From contig OZ024766.1 of the NCBI GenBank assembly GCA_964016885.1, positions 124,001-188,000 on the forward strand: 64,000 nt of DNA, in the 5' to 3' direction. The DNA is from Eledone cirrhosa. Its lineage: Eukaryota. Below the pieces are notes generated by a model. That model worked only from the letters and a program-made list of their open reading frames with translations, was not told the origin of the DNA and ran no database searches. The translations under genes were made by a program, and so were the position numbers. Of the stretch, positions 29,912 to 43,262 are shown in pieces (position 1 is the stretch's first letter; the number at the start of each line of letters is the position of its first letter).

Positions 29912-30967
29912 TATATATTGTGTATGTATATGCATGCGTGTGTATGGATGTATATATGTATCTATATATATATATATATATATGTATCACTCACTCTCTC
30001 TCTCTCTCTCTCTCTCTCTGTATATATATATAAAGCACGAGATGATGTGGAAGCAAGGTATGTTTGAGAGATTGTACACACACACACATACACACACACA
30101 TTTCTGTGTGTGTGTATGTGTGTCATTGTTTCTCTGTGTGGAAGTGAGTGTTTGTCTGTGTGTGTGTGATTGTTTGTGAGTGTATGTCTCTGAGTGTTTG
30201 AATTTTTGTGTTTGTGTGTATGAGAGTATGTGTGTGTGTGAGTGTGTATGAGAGTGTGTGTATGAGAGTGAGTGTGTGTGAGTGTGTATGAGAGTGTGTG
30301 TATGAGAGTATGTGTGTGTGAGTGTGTATGAGGGTGTGTGTATGAGAGTGAGTGTGTGTGTAGCGAACCTTTAATTGTAGAAGCTCTACCTTTTTACCCG
30401 TAATTTTCGTGTCAGTTTCTGTTTCCATCCAATACAGGGAAGATATCTATATAACAACAGGAAAAATATATTGATTACAGATCGATAATCCATCAATGGC
30501 CTAGTATTGTTGGTGACAAAGATAAAGCCAAAGTAACATTTATACTTTGTATCACCTGTTGACATTTTCAGGTCATTTTCTCGTCTTTTCTGTATTTCGC
30601 TATGTCCGTAGGTAATTAAACAAGGAAAAGTAATTCATAAATCTCTGTTTCGTCACTATGAAGGTTTAAGGGGCCCTCCAAGGTCTAAATCCAACCCTGG
30701 TCAATCACTGTATCACGGTAAATGTTCATTAAACTGCTCAGGCACTTGCAAGCAAGTTTAACGAGTTAACAACCACGCTGTTTTGTTGTTCAAACCGGGA
30801 TGCTGCTCATCGTCGCAAGCAACGGATGTCCCACGTAGATTTTTTTTTTCTTTACTTCCTTTTTCTCCCTCCTCCCCCGTGGAATATGGGGTGGCGAGGG
30901 ACCTCCCATTTCACGTGGTTTTGCAGCTCCTGTAACGGGCCAGCTCTCAGAGGTGTATATATCTCTC

Positions 30968-31140
30968 TCTATATAAAATCCTTTATCTCTCTGGCCGTCT
31001 GTATGGTCCTATGCATTCTCAAACGGCTCGACCAGCTCAAATTAAATTTTATAAGGTAATAGTATCAGACCCCGGGAGTGTCAACATGTAATTTTTATTT
31101 TCATTTGGATTAAAACAATAGGAAACAACACAACTACGTC
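30968..31140 (+). mobile_element. Possible 5' end of a non-autonomous Helitron/DINE-like element
   Basis: TCTATATAAAA..GTCTGTATG..ATGCATTCTCAAACGGCTCGACC..AAATTTT resembles such 5' ends; no 3' end found. Confidence 0.35.
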
Positions 31141-31845
31141 ACATTTTGTATATGATACGTATGTGTCTGTGAGTGTGTGTGTGCGAGTGTGTGTGTATAT
31201 GATATGTATGTGTCAGTGAGTGTGTGTGTGTGTGCGAGTGTGTGTGTATGATATGTATGTGTCTGTGAGTGTGTGTGTATATGATATGTATGTGTCTGTA
31301 AGTGTGTGTGTGCGAGTGTATGTGTATATGATACGTATGTGTCTGTGAGTGTGTGTGTGTGTGTGCGAGTGTGTGTATATATGATATGTATGTGTCTGTG
31401 AGTGTGTGTGTGCGAGTGTGTGAGTATATGATATGTATGTGTCAGTGAGTGTCTGTGTGTGCGAGTGTGTGTGTATATGATATGTATGTGTCTGTGAGTG
31501 TGTGTGTGTGTGTTTGCGTGTTCATTAGGTGTTATTAAATATATTTTTCCATTTTTCTGGAGTAGACATACAATACAAATCAACTGAATATGGCTTCTGA
31601 TTTATATAAATATATATAAAAATGAAAATATAGAAAGTATTGTAGCAAGAAGCCAACAGTATTCCATAACATATAAGTGACTATAGCGTCTAAATGGGAA
31701 AATAGTTAACGTAAGATGTGGGAAAATAATTCAAACTCAATTCAAAAAGAAACAGGATATAGATTTATCCAACAGAATTTAGAGAAATCCAGGGAAAAAT
31801 CAATAAAACCTTAACTCATGATAAAATAAAGTTTAAAATACTCAT

Positions 31846-31890
<45 letters not shown>

Positions 31891-31895
31891 CATAC

Positions 31896-31947
<52 letters not shown>

Positions 31948-32399
31948 ACATATATATATATATATACATATATATACATACATACTTATATATATATACA
32001 GTCATATATATATACATACATATACACACATACATATATACATACATATATATATACATATATATACATACATACATATATATATAAATATACATGCACA
32101 CATATATATACATACATATACATACATATATATATATATACATACATACACACATATATATATATATATAGATACATACATATACATATACATATATATA
32201 TATATACATATACATACACATCTATATATATATATATACATATACATATTCATACATACACACATACATACATACACACATATATATATACATATACACA
32301 CACATATATATATTTACATATACACACACATATATATATACATACATACATACATACACATATATATATATATATACATACATACACACACATATATAT

Positions 32400-32451
<52 letters not shown>

Positions 32452-32580
32452 ATATATATATGTATATGTGTGTGTACACACAAACATGATTGTCTCATTA
32501 CATACTATCTATACAGTTTGAACAATTAAAACATCTCAGCAGGCGGGACAAGCCCTCCTGCAAATTCTCACACTACCACC

Positions 32581-32631
<51 letters not shown>

Positions 32632-33432
32632 ATATGTGTGTGTGTATGTATATATATATATATATACATACAAACATTCCCTCACGTATAACTGTTGTTA
32701 GAATGCCAAGAAAAATAGTGATGTAACTTCAATATTTTCTTACTGCTGCTGCTACTACTACTGCTACTGCTACTGCTGCTGCTACTACTACTGCTACTGC
32801 TACTACTACTACTATTACTACTGCTACTACTACTACTACTGCTACTACTACTACTGCCACCACTACTACTACTACAACTACTACCACCACCACTACTACT
32901 AGTACTGCTGCTGCTACGACTACTACTACTGCCACCACTACTACTACTGCCACCACTACTACTACTACAACTACTACCACCACTACTACTACTACTGCTA
33001 CTGCTGCTGCTACTACCACTACTACTACTGCTACTACCACTACTACTACCACTACTACTACTACTACTACTGCCACCACTACTACTACTACAACTACTAC
33101 TACTACTACAACTACTACCACCACTACTACTACTATAACTACCACCACCACCACCACCACCACCACCACCGCTGCTGCTGCTGCTGCTGCTGCTGCTACT
33201 ACTACTACTAACTCTATTGCTACTATATATACACACATATACATCACATACATACATATATACATCACATACATACATACACATTACTCATATATAGACA
33301 CATACATACATACAATACTTCTAGAACATTCCCCAATGGATGATGTTTGTTGTTGTTGTTGTTACAGGCTGGGTGAAAGGAAACTCCCTATTAATATCTG
33401 ATAACTTTATTAATTATCGATCAATTATGGCT

Positions 33433-33590
33433 CAAGGCCAGCAATTACCCCAGTGTATTACTGGTACTTTATTTTATCAACCCTGTAATAATTGTTTCTA
33501 CTTTAGGCACAAGGCCAGCAATTACCCCAGTGTATTACTGGTACTTTATTTTATAGACCCTGTAAGGATGAAAGGCAAAGTTAACCTCAG
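33433..33590 (-). mobile_element. SINE family 1, 3' portion with a tandemly duplicated tail
   Basis: CAAGGCCAGCAATTACCCCAGTGTATTACTGGTACTTTATTTTAT occurs twice. Confidence 0.8.
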
Positions 33591-33651
33591 CCTAAAACAT
33601 ATATTGAACAGTATATTGGTATTTTCGGCTCCAAGAAAGCCGTTAAAGCAG

Positions 33652-34279
33652 GGACAGCGGAAGTAGTTCCAGCTAGATGTCAACAAAGTCCCTCCCCGAT
33701 GCAGCGGAAGTAGTTTCAGCCAGATGTCAACAAAATCCATGATACAGCGGAAGTAGTTCCAGCTAGATGTCAACAAAATCCATGATACAGCGGAAGTAGT
33801 TCCAGCTAGATGTCAACAAAGTCCATGATACAGCGGAAGTAGTTGCAGCTAGATGTCAACAAAATCCCTCCCCCGATACAGCGGAAGTAGTTCCAGCTAG
33901 ATGTCAACAAAATCCCCGATACAGCGGAAGTAGTTCCAGCTAGATGTCAACAAAATCCATGATACAGCGGAAGTAGTTGCAGCTAGATGTCAACAAAATC
34001 CCTCCCCCGATACAGCGGAAGTAGTTCCAGCTAGATGTCAACAAAGTCCATGATACAGCGGAAGTAGTTCCAGCTAGATGTCAACAAAGTCCCTCCCCCG
34101 ATACAGCGGAAGTAGTTCCAGCTAGATGTCAACAAAGTCCCTCCCCCGATACAGCGGAAGTAGTTCCAGCTAGATGTCAACAAAATCCCTCCCCCGATAC
34201 AGCGGAAGTAGTTCCAGCTAGTTGTCAACAAAATCCCTCCCCCGATACAGCGGAAGTAGTTGCAGCTAGATGTCAACAA
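33652..34279. repeat. 43-48-bp minisatellite, ~14 copies, two length variants
   Basis: CAGCGGAAGTAGTTCCAGCTAGATGTCAACAA followed by TCCAT or TCCCTCCCCC. Confidence 0.95.
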
Positions 34280-34584
34280 GTTTCTCATTTGACTAAACCT
34301 CATCAGAAGGGTACAAAGGAATTATGATCTGCATGGAGCCCGGCCCCCTTAGAGTGTAAAAAAGTTTAGGACTGAAACACTCACTTGAGGAGGTTTCTTC
34401 TCTGAAGACCTTCTGCTGTCCTGCTCTCCTGAGAGTTCCTTACCATTTAAAACACTCTTCCTGCTATTTCAAGCGTTAAACTAATATATTCCTTCCATAT
34501 ACTGTACCGATTGTGTTGTTATTTCTGTTTACCTTTTACACGCACACGCACACACACACACACACACATATATATAAAGTGACA

Positions 34585-34821
34585 TAGAGGAGACTGAGGT
34601 TAGCTGGACATGCTCACCGACATCCAGAGTTGACACTGCACTCAGTGCTCCTGTGGGAGCCCCTACATGGACGCACTGGAAGAGGAAGACCAAGGTTAAC
34701 GTATGCTGATGCCCTTAGGACAGACACTGGTCTGTTGGAGACGCAGGACATGGCAGCGATAATGAGGGACAGAGACCGCTGGAGAGAACTCGTCCATGGA
34801 TCTCGGGAATTTTACCCGCCT

Positions 34822-34862
<41 letters not shown>
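34585..34862 (+). mobile_element. 3' end of an RTE-type LINE with a (GATA)n tail
   Basis: RLRLAGHAHRH..LLWEPLHGRTGRGRPRLTYADAL..MRDRDRWR..*; typical RTE ORF2 C-terminus. Confidence 0.85.
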
Positions 34863-34863
<1 letters not shown>

Positions 34864-34879
34864 TACTTATATATATATT

Positions 34880-35165
34880 AATGATATTAATAAATGGAAA
34901 CTATATTTATAAAACCATATTTATTCTATTATATATATTTCAAGGGTACCAAAACTTTGGTACGCCCTCATCAGATAAAATACAAAGTTTGTTTTATAAA
35001 TATTGACATATCCAGGAAGGAGATCTTCACGGTTCAAGTTTTTCCTGGATAGTAAAAGGAAAAAGGGGAAAGAGAGGAAAAGTCAAATATCTCAAATTAT
35101 TATGATGAATATGCAAATGAGGTTGAGGTATAGGGCTGTAAAAAAAACGTTATTTTAGACGCTAG
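34880..35165 (-). mobile_element. Penelope-like 3' end with a hammerhead at 34924-34980
   Basis: Reverse complement TTTTAT-CTGATGA-GGGcGTACCAAA-GT-TTTGGTACCCTT-GAAA-TATATATA-ATAGAA; downstream 45 bp match the 20.1-20.5 kb and 62.1 kb elements. Confidence 0.75.
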
Positions 35166-35374
35166 GTAGGATATATATATATATATTATTAGGATATATA
35201 TATATATATATGTGTGTCGGAAGAAGATAGAGAAAGAAAGAAGAGCTTGTATTTACGTGAATTTAAAAAGATTTAACAGTTTGTAGGAATGGTGGAATAT
35301 GATTCCAGAATAAAATATATTTATATATATTTAGCTATATTATGAGTTGTAATATTATATATATAATCAATTAG

Positions 35375-36470
35375 ATTATATGAAGAATTATGGTTGTAAC
35401 TACATTTTATCTTATTACATTACAACAGGTTGTAAGTATATAAATATCTATATAGATTAATAATTGTGCAAGTATAAGTATTATTGGTGATTTTATAGAA
35501 ATAAAAGACGTATTAATTATTTACATTTCTAATCTGAGTTACGAAGGATGTTGGTTTTACATTTTACATAAATATTTAAGAAACAGACGTAGTTCAAATT
35601 GTAAGAGAAGAACGATTTCTAGATTCAAATATTTTCATCCAACATTGAAAATATTTTCAGAACATTATTAATTTAGCGAAATTATATAATTTATTATACA
35701 AGTTACTATGTCTATGTTTGCTCAATTGTAAAGGAAAAGATGACTCCAATATTATTTGCTAACCATTAAATTTAATGAATGATTTTCTTAGAAAAAGTGG
35801 AAAGTATGTAGTGAAAATTATATATTATTTTGTGTGAGATTATAAGGTATTTTATATTACATGTTTTTCAGGGATGAGAATTTCAATTATATATTATCTA
35901 CGTCGAAAGATGTGTGAAAAGTTTGAAGATTAAAGAGAGGAAAAAATGTATTATTAGATAAGTCGAGAGTGCATTTAGAAGAACTATCGTAAAGACGATA
36001 TCTCTTTCAGAATGTCAATTAAAAAGTATCAATCTAAAAAAATATATATATAAATCTAAAAATATATAAATCTAAAAAAATAAAAAATAGATTAGTAAAA
36101 TTAGGAAAGGAATAGAAGATTAGGAAATAGAAGAGTAAAATTAGGAAAGGAATATCAATTGGTAAAAATACTAAATTTAAGAAGGAAGATCATTTAAAAA
36201 ATTTAAATTTGTTTAAAAAAACCTCAGTAAATAACAGTATCATTTTAAAAGTGTACAAGATGTCGTCAAGTGTATGAATATTATAGATTAAAAATACTTC
36301 GGAAAGTGGATTTTTGGTGATGTCTGCAAGAACTGAATAATTCGGTTTTTAAATTAATAGAGTTTTGACAGTTAATTATATAAAAAATGTCCTCGATACA
36401 GAAATGACAGATTCTTGAGAAAGCCATATTTCGGTATGCAGGTGCTTTCGAAATCAGTTATAAATATATA
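35375..36470. repeat. Unclassified AT-rich dispersed repeat; partial second copy at 59782-60450
   Basis: 35375-35825 and 36219-36330 align closely by eye to 59782-60450. Confidence 0.75.
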
Positions 36471-36483
36471 TATTTGTTGAATT

Positions 36484-36800
36484 ACTTCGTTGTTTGTCCA
36501 CCCCAAAAGGAAACAAGATCACATGATGTTCAGTCGGGGCTTCTTGTCAGTACTTGACAAATGTGTTCCTGCAATTAAGAAAGGGTTTTTGGTTGACCTT
36601 TTCAGCAATAAACTTCGTTGTTTGTCCACCCCCAAACAGGAAACAAGATCACATGATGTCCAGTCGGGGCTTCTTGCTGATCATTCACGTAGACCTCAAT
36701 AACCCGGCCAATGCCCTGCAAACTGGACATCAAGCCACTCATGGACAGTGTGTGCAGAATGAGGAGGGGCCCCATCTTGCATAAATGTGGGGTCACTGAT
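36484..36800 (-). pseudogene. Tc1/mariner transposase relic, DD41D type
   Basis: Reverse-complement translation QDGAPPHSAHTVHEWLDVQFAGHWPGY*GLRE*SARSPDWTSCD has 41 residues between the 2nd and 3rd catalytic Asp; stops present and a ~70-bp local duplication. Confidence 0.85.
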
Positions 36801-36940
36801 GCCCCAAATGGTCACAGTAGGACAAAAGTTATAAGTAATTTTCAGTAGGGAGTCACTTCCACCCACAGTATATGCAACACGTACTTCTCTATCATGTCAA
36901 TTATTTCCCTGTTTTATTTCATCCCTTTCCTCCAGTCTAT

Positions 36941-36977
36941 CTTTCTGATGAAGCACTTATGCTCGAAACGTCAAGAA
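36941..36977 (+). ncRNA. Minimal hammerhead core, PLE type
   Basis: CTGATGA-AGCA-CTTA-TGCT-C-GAAACGTC with palindromic ACGT stem III; stem I is weak. Confidence 0.65.
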
Positions 36978-37390
36978 ACCTTCTGTTTCCATGTCTAGAC
37001 TGTCAGCTTTAATAACTATCCTTCTTATACGTAGTCTTTCATATTGATAGCAATTTTACCGGAGCAGCCGAGAGAGTTGACCCCATTTACGACCACGAAA
37101 CCCTATAGTAATGTAGAAATAAGTGAAACTGTTAACATAAATATCAACACTCCACATTGTATACCTCTTCATTGCTCTTTTGCCTCTTCCCACACTATAT
37201 ATACATACATACATACATACATACATACATACATACATACATACATACATACATACACACATTTATATATATATATATATATATATATATCCATATATAT
37301 ATATATACATACATCCATATATATATATACATATATATATATATACACATATATATATATACATATATCCATATATATATACATACATCC

Positions 37391-37529
<139 letters not shown>

Positions 37530-37574
37530 CATATATATATACATATATATATATATACATATATATATGTATAC

Positions 37575-37641
<67 letters not shown>

Positions 37642-37683
37642 CATATATATATATACATATATATATATATACATATATATACA

Positions 37684-37812
<129 letters not shown>

Positions 37813-37866
37813 GTTAATATGGTGATGTTGGGTGTTTTGTTATTGTTGAGGCAGCAATGTGTGTCT

Positions 37867-37900
<34 letters not shown>

Positions 37901-38717
37901 ATATATGTGTATGTGTGTGTGTCTGTGTGTGTGTGGCGGGGGTCGGATGATTTTTTCTTTCATTTTTGCTTCAAATGAACCGGAAAATTACGGAGCAATA
38001 ATAATAATAATAATAATAATAATAATTTGTCATCTTTCTCACACTCTCTTTCTCTCTCTGTCTCTCTGTCTCTCTTTTACACTCTCTCTCTCTCTCTCTC
38101 TCTCTGTCTTTCCTTTTCTTTCTCTCTGTCAAAAATGCACCACACACAACGTTTGATGGGTACATGTATGGTGGTGGTGGTGGTGTGGTGGTGTAGTGGT
38201 GGTGGTGATGTAGTGGTGGTGTAGTGGTGATGTAGTGGTGTGGTGGTGGTGTAGTGGGGTGTGGTGGTGATGTAGTGGTGTGGTGGTGGTGTAGTGGGTG
38301 TGTGGTGGTGATGTAATGGTGATGTGGTGTGGTGTAGTGGTGTAGTGGTGGTTGTGTAGCGGTAGTGGTGGTGTGGTGGTGATGTAGCGGTGTGGTGGTG
38401 GTGTAGCGGTGTAGTGGTAGTGGTGTAATGGTGGTGGTGGTGGTGGTAGTGGTGGTTGTGTAGCGGTGGTGGTGCAGCGGAGGTGGTGTAGTGGTGGTGT
38501 TGGTGGTGTAGTGGTGGTGGTGTAGCGGTGTTGGTGGTGTGGTGGTGATGGTGGTTGTGTAGCGGTGGTGGTGTAGTAGTGGTGGTGTGGTGATGGTGGT
38601 GATGTAGCGGTGGTTGTGTAGTGGTGGTGTGGTGGTTTAGTGGTGGTGGTGTAGCGGTGATGGTGGTGTAGTGGTGGTGGTGTAGCGGTGATGGTGGTGT
38701 AGTGGTGGTGGTGTAGC

Positions 38718-38815
38718 GGGCCACCAACAGACCTAATCGTGGAAAAACTGCACGCCTGGACAATATGTAAAGAAAATAAACCGAATACTCTGATGGCTGG
38801 ATAATCTTTAAGATT
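38718..38815. mobile_element. Internal fragment of the Helitron-like element at 44.6 kb
   Basis: Matches 44691-44789. Confidence 0.75.
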
Positions 38816-38949
38816 AAGTGTGTAGAATATATTATATTTAGAGTGTAGTATATATGCTATATAGAAAATGTCGCCTTTCGCTTGTTTTCTTCTCATGTAA
38901 TATGCATGTGATTATGTATAGATGTATCACAATCTTGATGAAGTCATCA

Positions 38950-39260
38950 ATAGTAGGAAATTTAATTCCTGTCAGCGTGTACTCCTCTCAGGGGCTGGTT
39001 ATGTTGATCACATGAAGTCACATGAAGGGGTAACCACCTGCAACACCACTCAACAAAGACCTGGTGAAACAACGTGCGTCGTATGCAACAAAGTGGCTAG
39101 AACTAAAAAAAAAAGCAACATGGTGGTAGATAAAGGTTGTGTCCCACAGGGTGACCCCCCACCATCAGGTCCTGTGGAAAGCACAACTCTCTTCTGTCAC
39201 CTGTGTCCTAAACCATGCAGATCTACAGCTTGTCTATAAAGTCATCTACGAAGTCCCACA
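38950..39260 (+). pseudogene. Three decayed C2H2 zinc fingers, probably an RTE ORF2 C-terminus
   Basis: CQRVLLSGAGYVDHMKSH, CVVCNKV.., CHLCPKPCRSTACL*SHLRS. Confidence 0.55.
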
Positions 39261-40312
39261 GGGTGACCCCACCAGGTCCTGTAGTAAGCACAGCTCTCTC
39301 CTGTCACCTGTGTCCTAAACCATGCAGATCTACAGCTTCTCTACGAAGTCCCACAGGGTGACCCCCACCATCAGGTCCTGTGGAAATCAGAGCTCTCTCC
39401 TGTCACCTGTGTCCTAAACCATGCAGATCTACAGCTGGTCTACAAAATCATCTACGAAGTCCCACAGGGTGACCCCACCACCAGGTCCTGTGGAAAGCAC
39501 AACTCTCTTCTGTCACCTGTGTCGTAAACCAAGCAGATCTACAGCTTGTCTAGAAAGTCAGCTACGATGTCCCACAGGGTGACCCCACCACCAGGTCCTG
39601 TGGAAAGCAGAGCTCTCTCCTGTCACCTGTGTCGTAAACCAAGCAGATCTACAGCTTGTCTAGAAAGTCAGCTACGATGTCCCACAGGGTGACCCCACCA
39701 CCAGGTCCTGTGGAAAGCAGAGCTCTCTCCTGTCACCTGTGTCGTAAACCAAGCAGATCTACAGCTTGTCTAGAAAGTCAGCTACGATGTCCCACAGGGT
39801 GACCCCACCACCAGGTCCTGTGGAAAGCAGAGCTCTCTCCTGTCACCTGTGTCGTAAACCATGCAGATCTACAGCTGGTCTACAAAGTCAGCTACGAAAT
39901 CCCACAGGGTGACCCCACCAGGTCCTGTGGAAAGCAGAGCTCTCTCCTGTCACCTGTGTCCTAAACCATGCAGATCTACAGCTGGTCTACAAAATCATCT
40001 ACGAAGTCCCACAGGGTGACCCCCACCACCAGGTCCTGTGGAAAGCAGAGCTCTCTCCTGTCACCTGTGTCGTAAACCAAGCAGATCTACAGCTTGTCTA
40101 GAAAGTCAGCTACGATGTCCCACAGGGTGACCCCACCACCAGGTCCTGTGGAAAGCAGAGCTCTCTCCTGTCACCTGTGTCCTAAACCATGCAGATCTAC
40201 AGCTGGTCTACAAAATCATCTACGAAGTCCCACAGGGTGACCCCACCAGGTGCTGTGGAAAGCACAGCTCTCTTTTGTCACCTGTGTCGTAAACCATGCA
40301 GATCTACAACTT
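39140..40312 (+). repeat. ~110-bp tandem repeat, ~11 copies, built from a zinc-finger coding segment
   Basis: CCCACAGGGTGACCC occurs at ~110-bp spacing (39571, 39681, 39791, 39901). Confidence 0.95.
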
Positions 40313-40383
40313 GCTAGTATGTATATACGTATATGTATGTAAATCGGTGTTTGTTTGTTTGTATGTATGCGTGTGTGTGTGTA

Positions 40384-40416
<33 letters not shown>

Positions 40417-40692
40417 ATGTATGTATGTATACATGTATGTGTGTGTGTGTATGTATTTATATATGTGTATGTGTGTGTATATATATATATATAAATTTGT
40501 GTTTATGTATTTATTTATTTATTTACATATGTACGTAGATATGTATGTGTGTATATGTATGTGGGTGTGTATATGTGTGTGTGAGTGTGTATGTGGGTGT
40601 GTATATGTGTGTGTGGGTGTGTGTTTGTGTGGTTCGAAATCAAAGAAGCCAGAAATGATTGAAGCAGACGATAGTTAGCTCATAAAAATAAC

Positions 40693-40735
<43 letters not shown>

Positions 40736-41273
40736 GTGTGTATGTATGTATATATATATAAATGTGTGTGGGTGTACAAGTATATATATATGTATATATA
40801 CATATATACATACATACACAAATATATATATAGACATACGTACACACACACAAATATATATATATAGACATACGTACACACAAACACACATACATACGTA
40901 CGTGTGTGTGTGTGTGGGGGGGGGTATGTGTACATATACATGCGCACACACACTCGCGTACACACACACACACACCCACGTACACACACGCGTACACACA
41001 CACACACATACACACACCCACGTACACACACACACAAGTACACACACTACACGCCGCAGGACTTACACAAACCTAGACAAAAATGTTTAGCTCGGCAGAC
41101 GATAAAAAAACAACAAAAGGTTACATCAAAGAACTAGAACGGTCTCGGCCGACGAAACGAAACTCGACTTCGAAGAACATTTTAAATAAAAAACATGTTT
41201 AGCAAGGCATCGGATTACCATCGGATTAAAGATTGGGGGCTAGTGTGTGATGTTGGGTGGGTAGGTGGGGGTA

Positions 41274-41283
41274 CAGATAGACG

Positions 41284-41322
<39 letters not shown>

Positions 41323-41434
41323 ATAGATAGACGTAGATAGATAGATAAATAGATAGACGTAGATAGATAGATAGATAGAAGTAGATAGATAGATAGATAA
41401 ATAGATAGACGTAGATAGATAGATAGATAGATTT

Positions 41435-41471
<37 letters not shown>

Positions 41472-42492
41472 AGTAGATAGCTAGATAGACGTAGATAGAT
41501 AGATAGATAGATAGACGTAGATAGATAGATAGATAAATAGATAGATCTAGCTAGCTAGCTATAGATATATAGATTGATTGATAGATAAATATATAGATCT
41601 AGCTAGCTAGATATTGATATATAGATTGATTGATAGATAAATATATAGATCTAGCTAGCTAGATATTGATATATAGATTGATAAATAGACAGATCTAGCT
41701 AGCTAGATATAGATATATAGATAGATTGATAGATAAATAGATAGATCTAGCTAGCTAGATATAGATATATAGATTGATAGATAGATAAATAGACAGATCT
41801 AGCTAGCTAGCTAGCTATAGATATATAGATTGATTGATAGATAAATAGACAGATCTAGCTAGCTAGCTATAGATATATAGATTGATTGATAGATAAATAG
41901 ACAGATCTAGCTAGCTAGCTATAGATATATAGATTGATTGATAGATAGATCTAGCTAGCTAGCTATTAATATATAGATTGATTGATAGATAAATAGACAG
42001 ATCTAGCTAGCTAGCTATTGATATATAGATTGATTGATAGATAAATAGACAGATCTAGCTAGCTAGCTATTGATATATAGATTGATTGATAGATAAATAG
42101 ACAGATCTAGCTAGCTAGCTATAGATATATAGATTGATTGATAGATAAATAGACAGATCTAGCTAGCTAGCTATAGATATATAGATTGATTGATAGATAA
42201 ATAGACAGATCTAGCTAGCTAGCTATTGATATATAGATTGATTGATAGATAAATATATAGATCTAGCTAGCTAGATATTGGTATATAGATTGATTGATAG
42301 ATAAATAGATAGATCTAGCTAGCTAGCTATAGATATATAGATTGATTGATAGATAAATATATAGATCTAGCTAGCTAGATATTGATATATAGATTGATTG
42401 ATAGATAAATAGACAGATCTAGCTAGCTAGCTATAGATATATAGATTGATTGATAGATAAATATATAGATCTAGCTAGCTAGCTATAGATAT
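41274..42492. repeat. (GATA)n array grading into a ~52-bp higher-order unit containing (CTAG)n
   Basis: Direct reading. Confidence 0.9.
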
Positions 42493-43262
42493 GTTTCTTT
42501 TATTTGCCACCAAGGCATCAAAAGTGGGACAAGTACAATGGGGGGAGTTTACACAAAAAGGCGTCCTCAATAAGGAGGAGGCAATAACAAAATATAAAAA
42601 TAAAATAAAATATAACAAAAAATAAAATTTATAACAAAATCCTCAATAGAGAGGAGGCGCCTTGGGGGGTCGCACACACCCCCGAAAAAAGTGTGCAACC
42701 CTTTTCCTCAGGAGCACAGAGAGGGGGTGCTCCCTCGTTCCTTCCTCTTTTCCACCTACAGGCTTAAATAGATAGATCTAGCTAGCTAGATATTGATATA
42801 TAGATTGAGAGATATTTGTTTCTACTTTTAGGCACAAGGCCAGCAATTACCCAGTTCATTACTGGTACTTTATTTTATCGACCCCGTAAGGATGAAAGGC
42901 AAAGTCAACCTCGGCGGGATTTGAACTCAGATCGTAAAGGGACGTAACTATGCTGGAAAGCATGGCGTCCGACCCTCTACCGATTGATAGATTGATAGAT
43001 ATTGATAGATAGATAGATCTAGCTAACTAGATATTGATAGAGATTGATAGATAGATATATTTCTTTATTAGCCACAGGGGCACAAAAGAAGGGGACAAAT
43101 ACAAAGGGGGAAGTTTACATACAATAAAAACGTGTAAAATGTTATCACAAATGCAATTTAAAAAGTTAGTCGATTTTCCCCAATAGGGGGAGACGATAGA
43201 TAGATAGATAGATAGATAGATATGTTTCTTTATTAGCCACAGGGGCACAAAAGAAGGGACAA
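42493..43262 (-). mobile_element. Tx1-like LINE tails (42493-42766, 43058-43194, 43222-43262) and a SINE family 1 copy (42815-42984) nested in (GATA)n
   Basis: Reverse complements of the elements at 9.2-10.8 kb. Confidence 0.8.

Noticed and set aside
33652-34279. Repeat with variable inter-unit segments, superficially CRISPR-like
   Set aside because: The variable parts are only two short recurrent variants rather than unique spacers; the context is eukaryotic and no cas genes are present.
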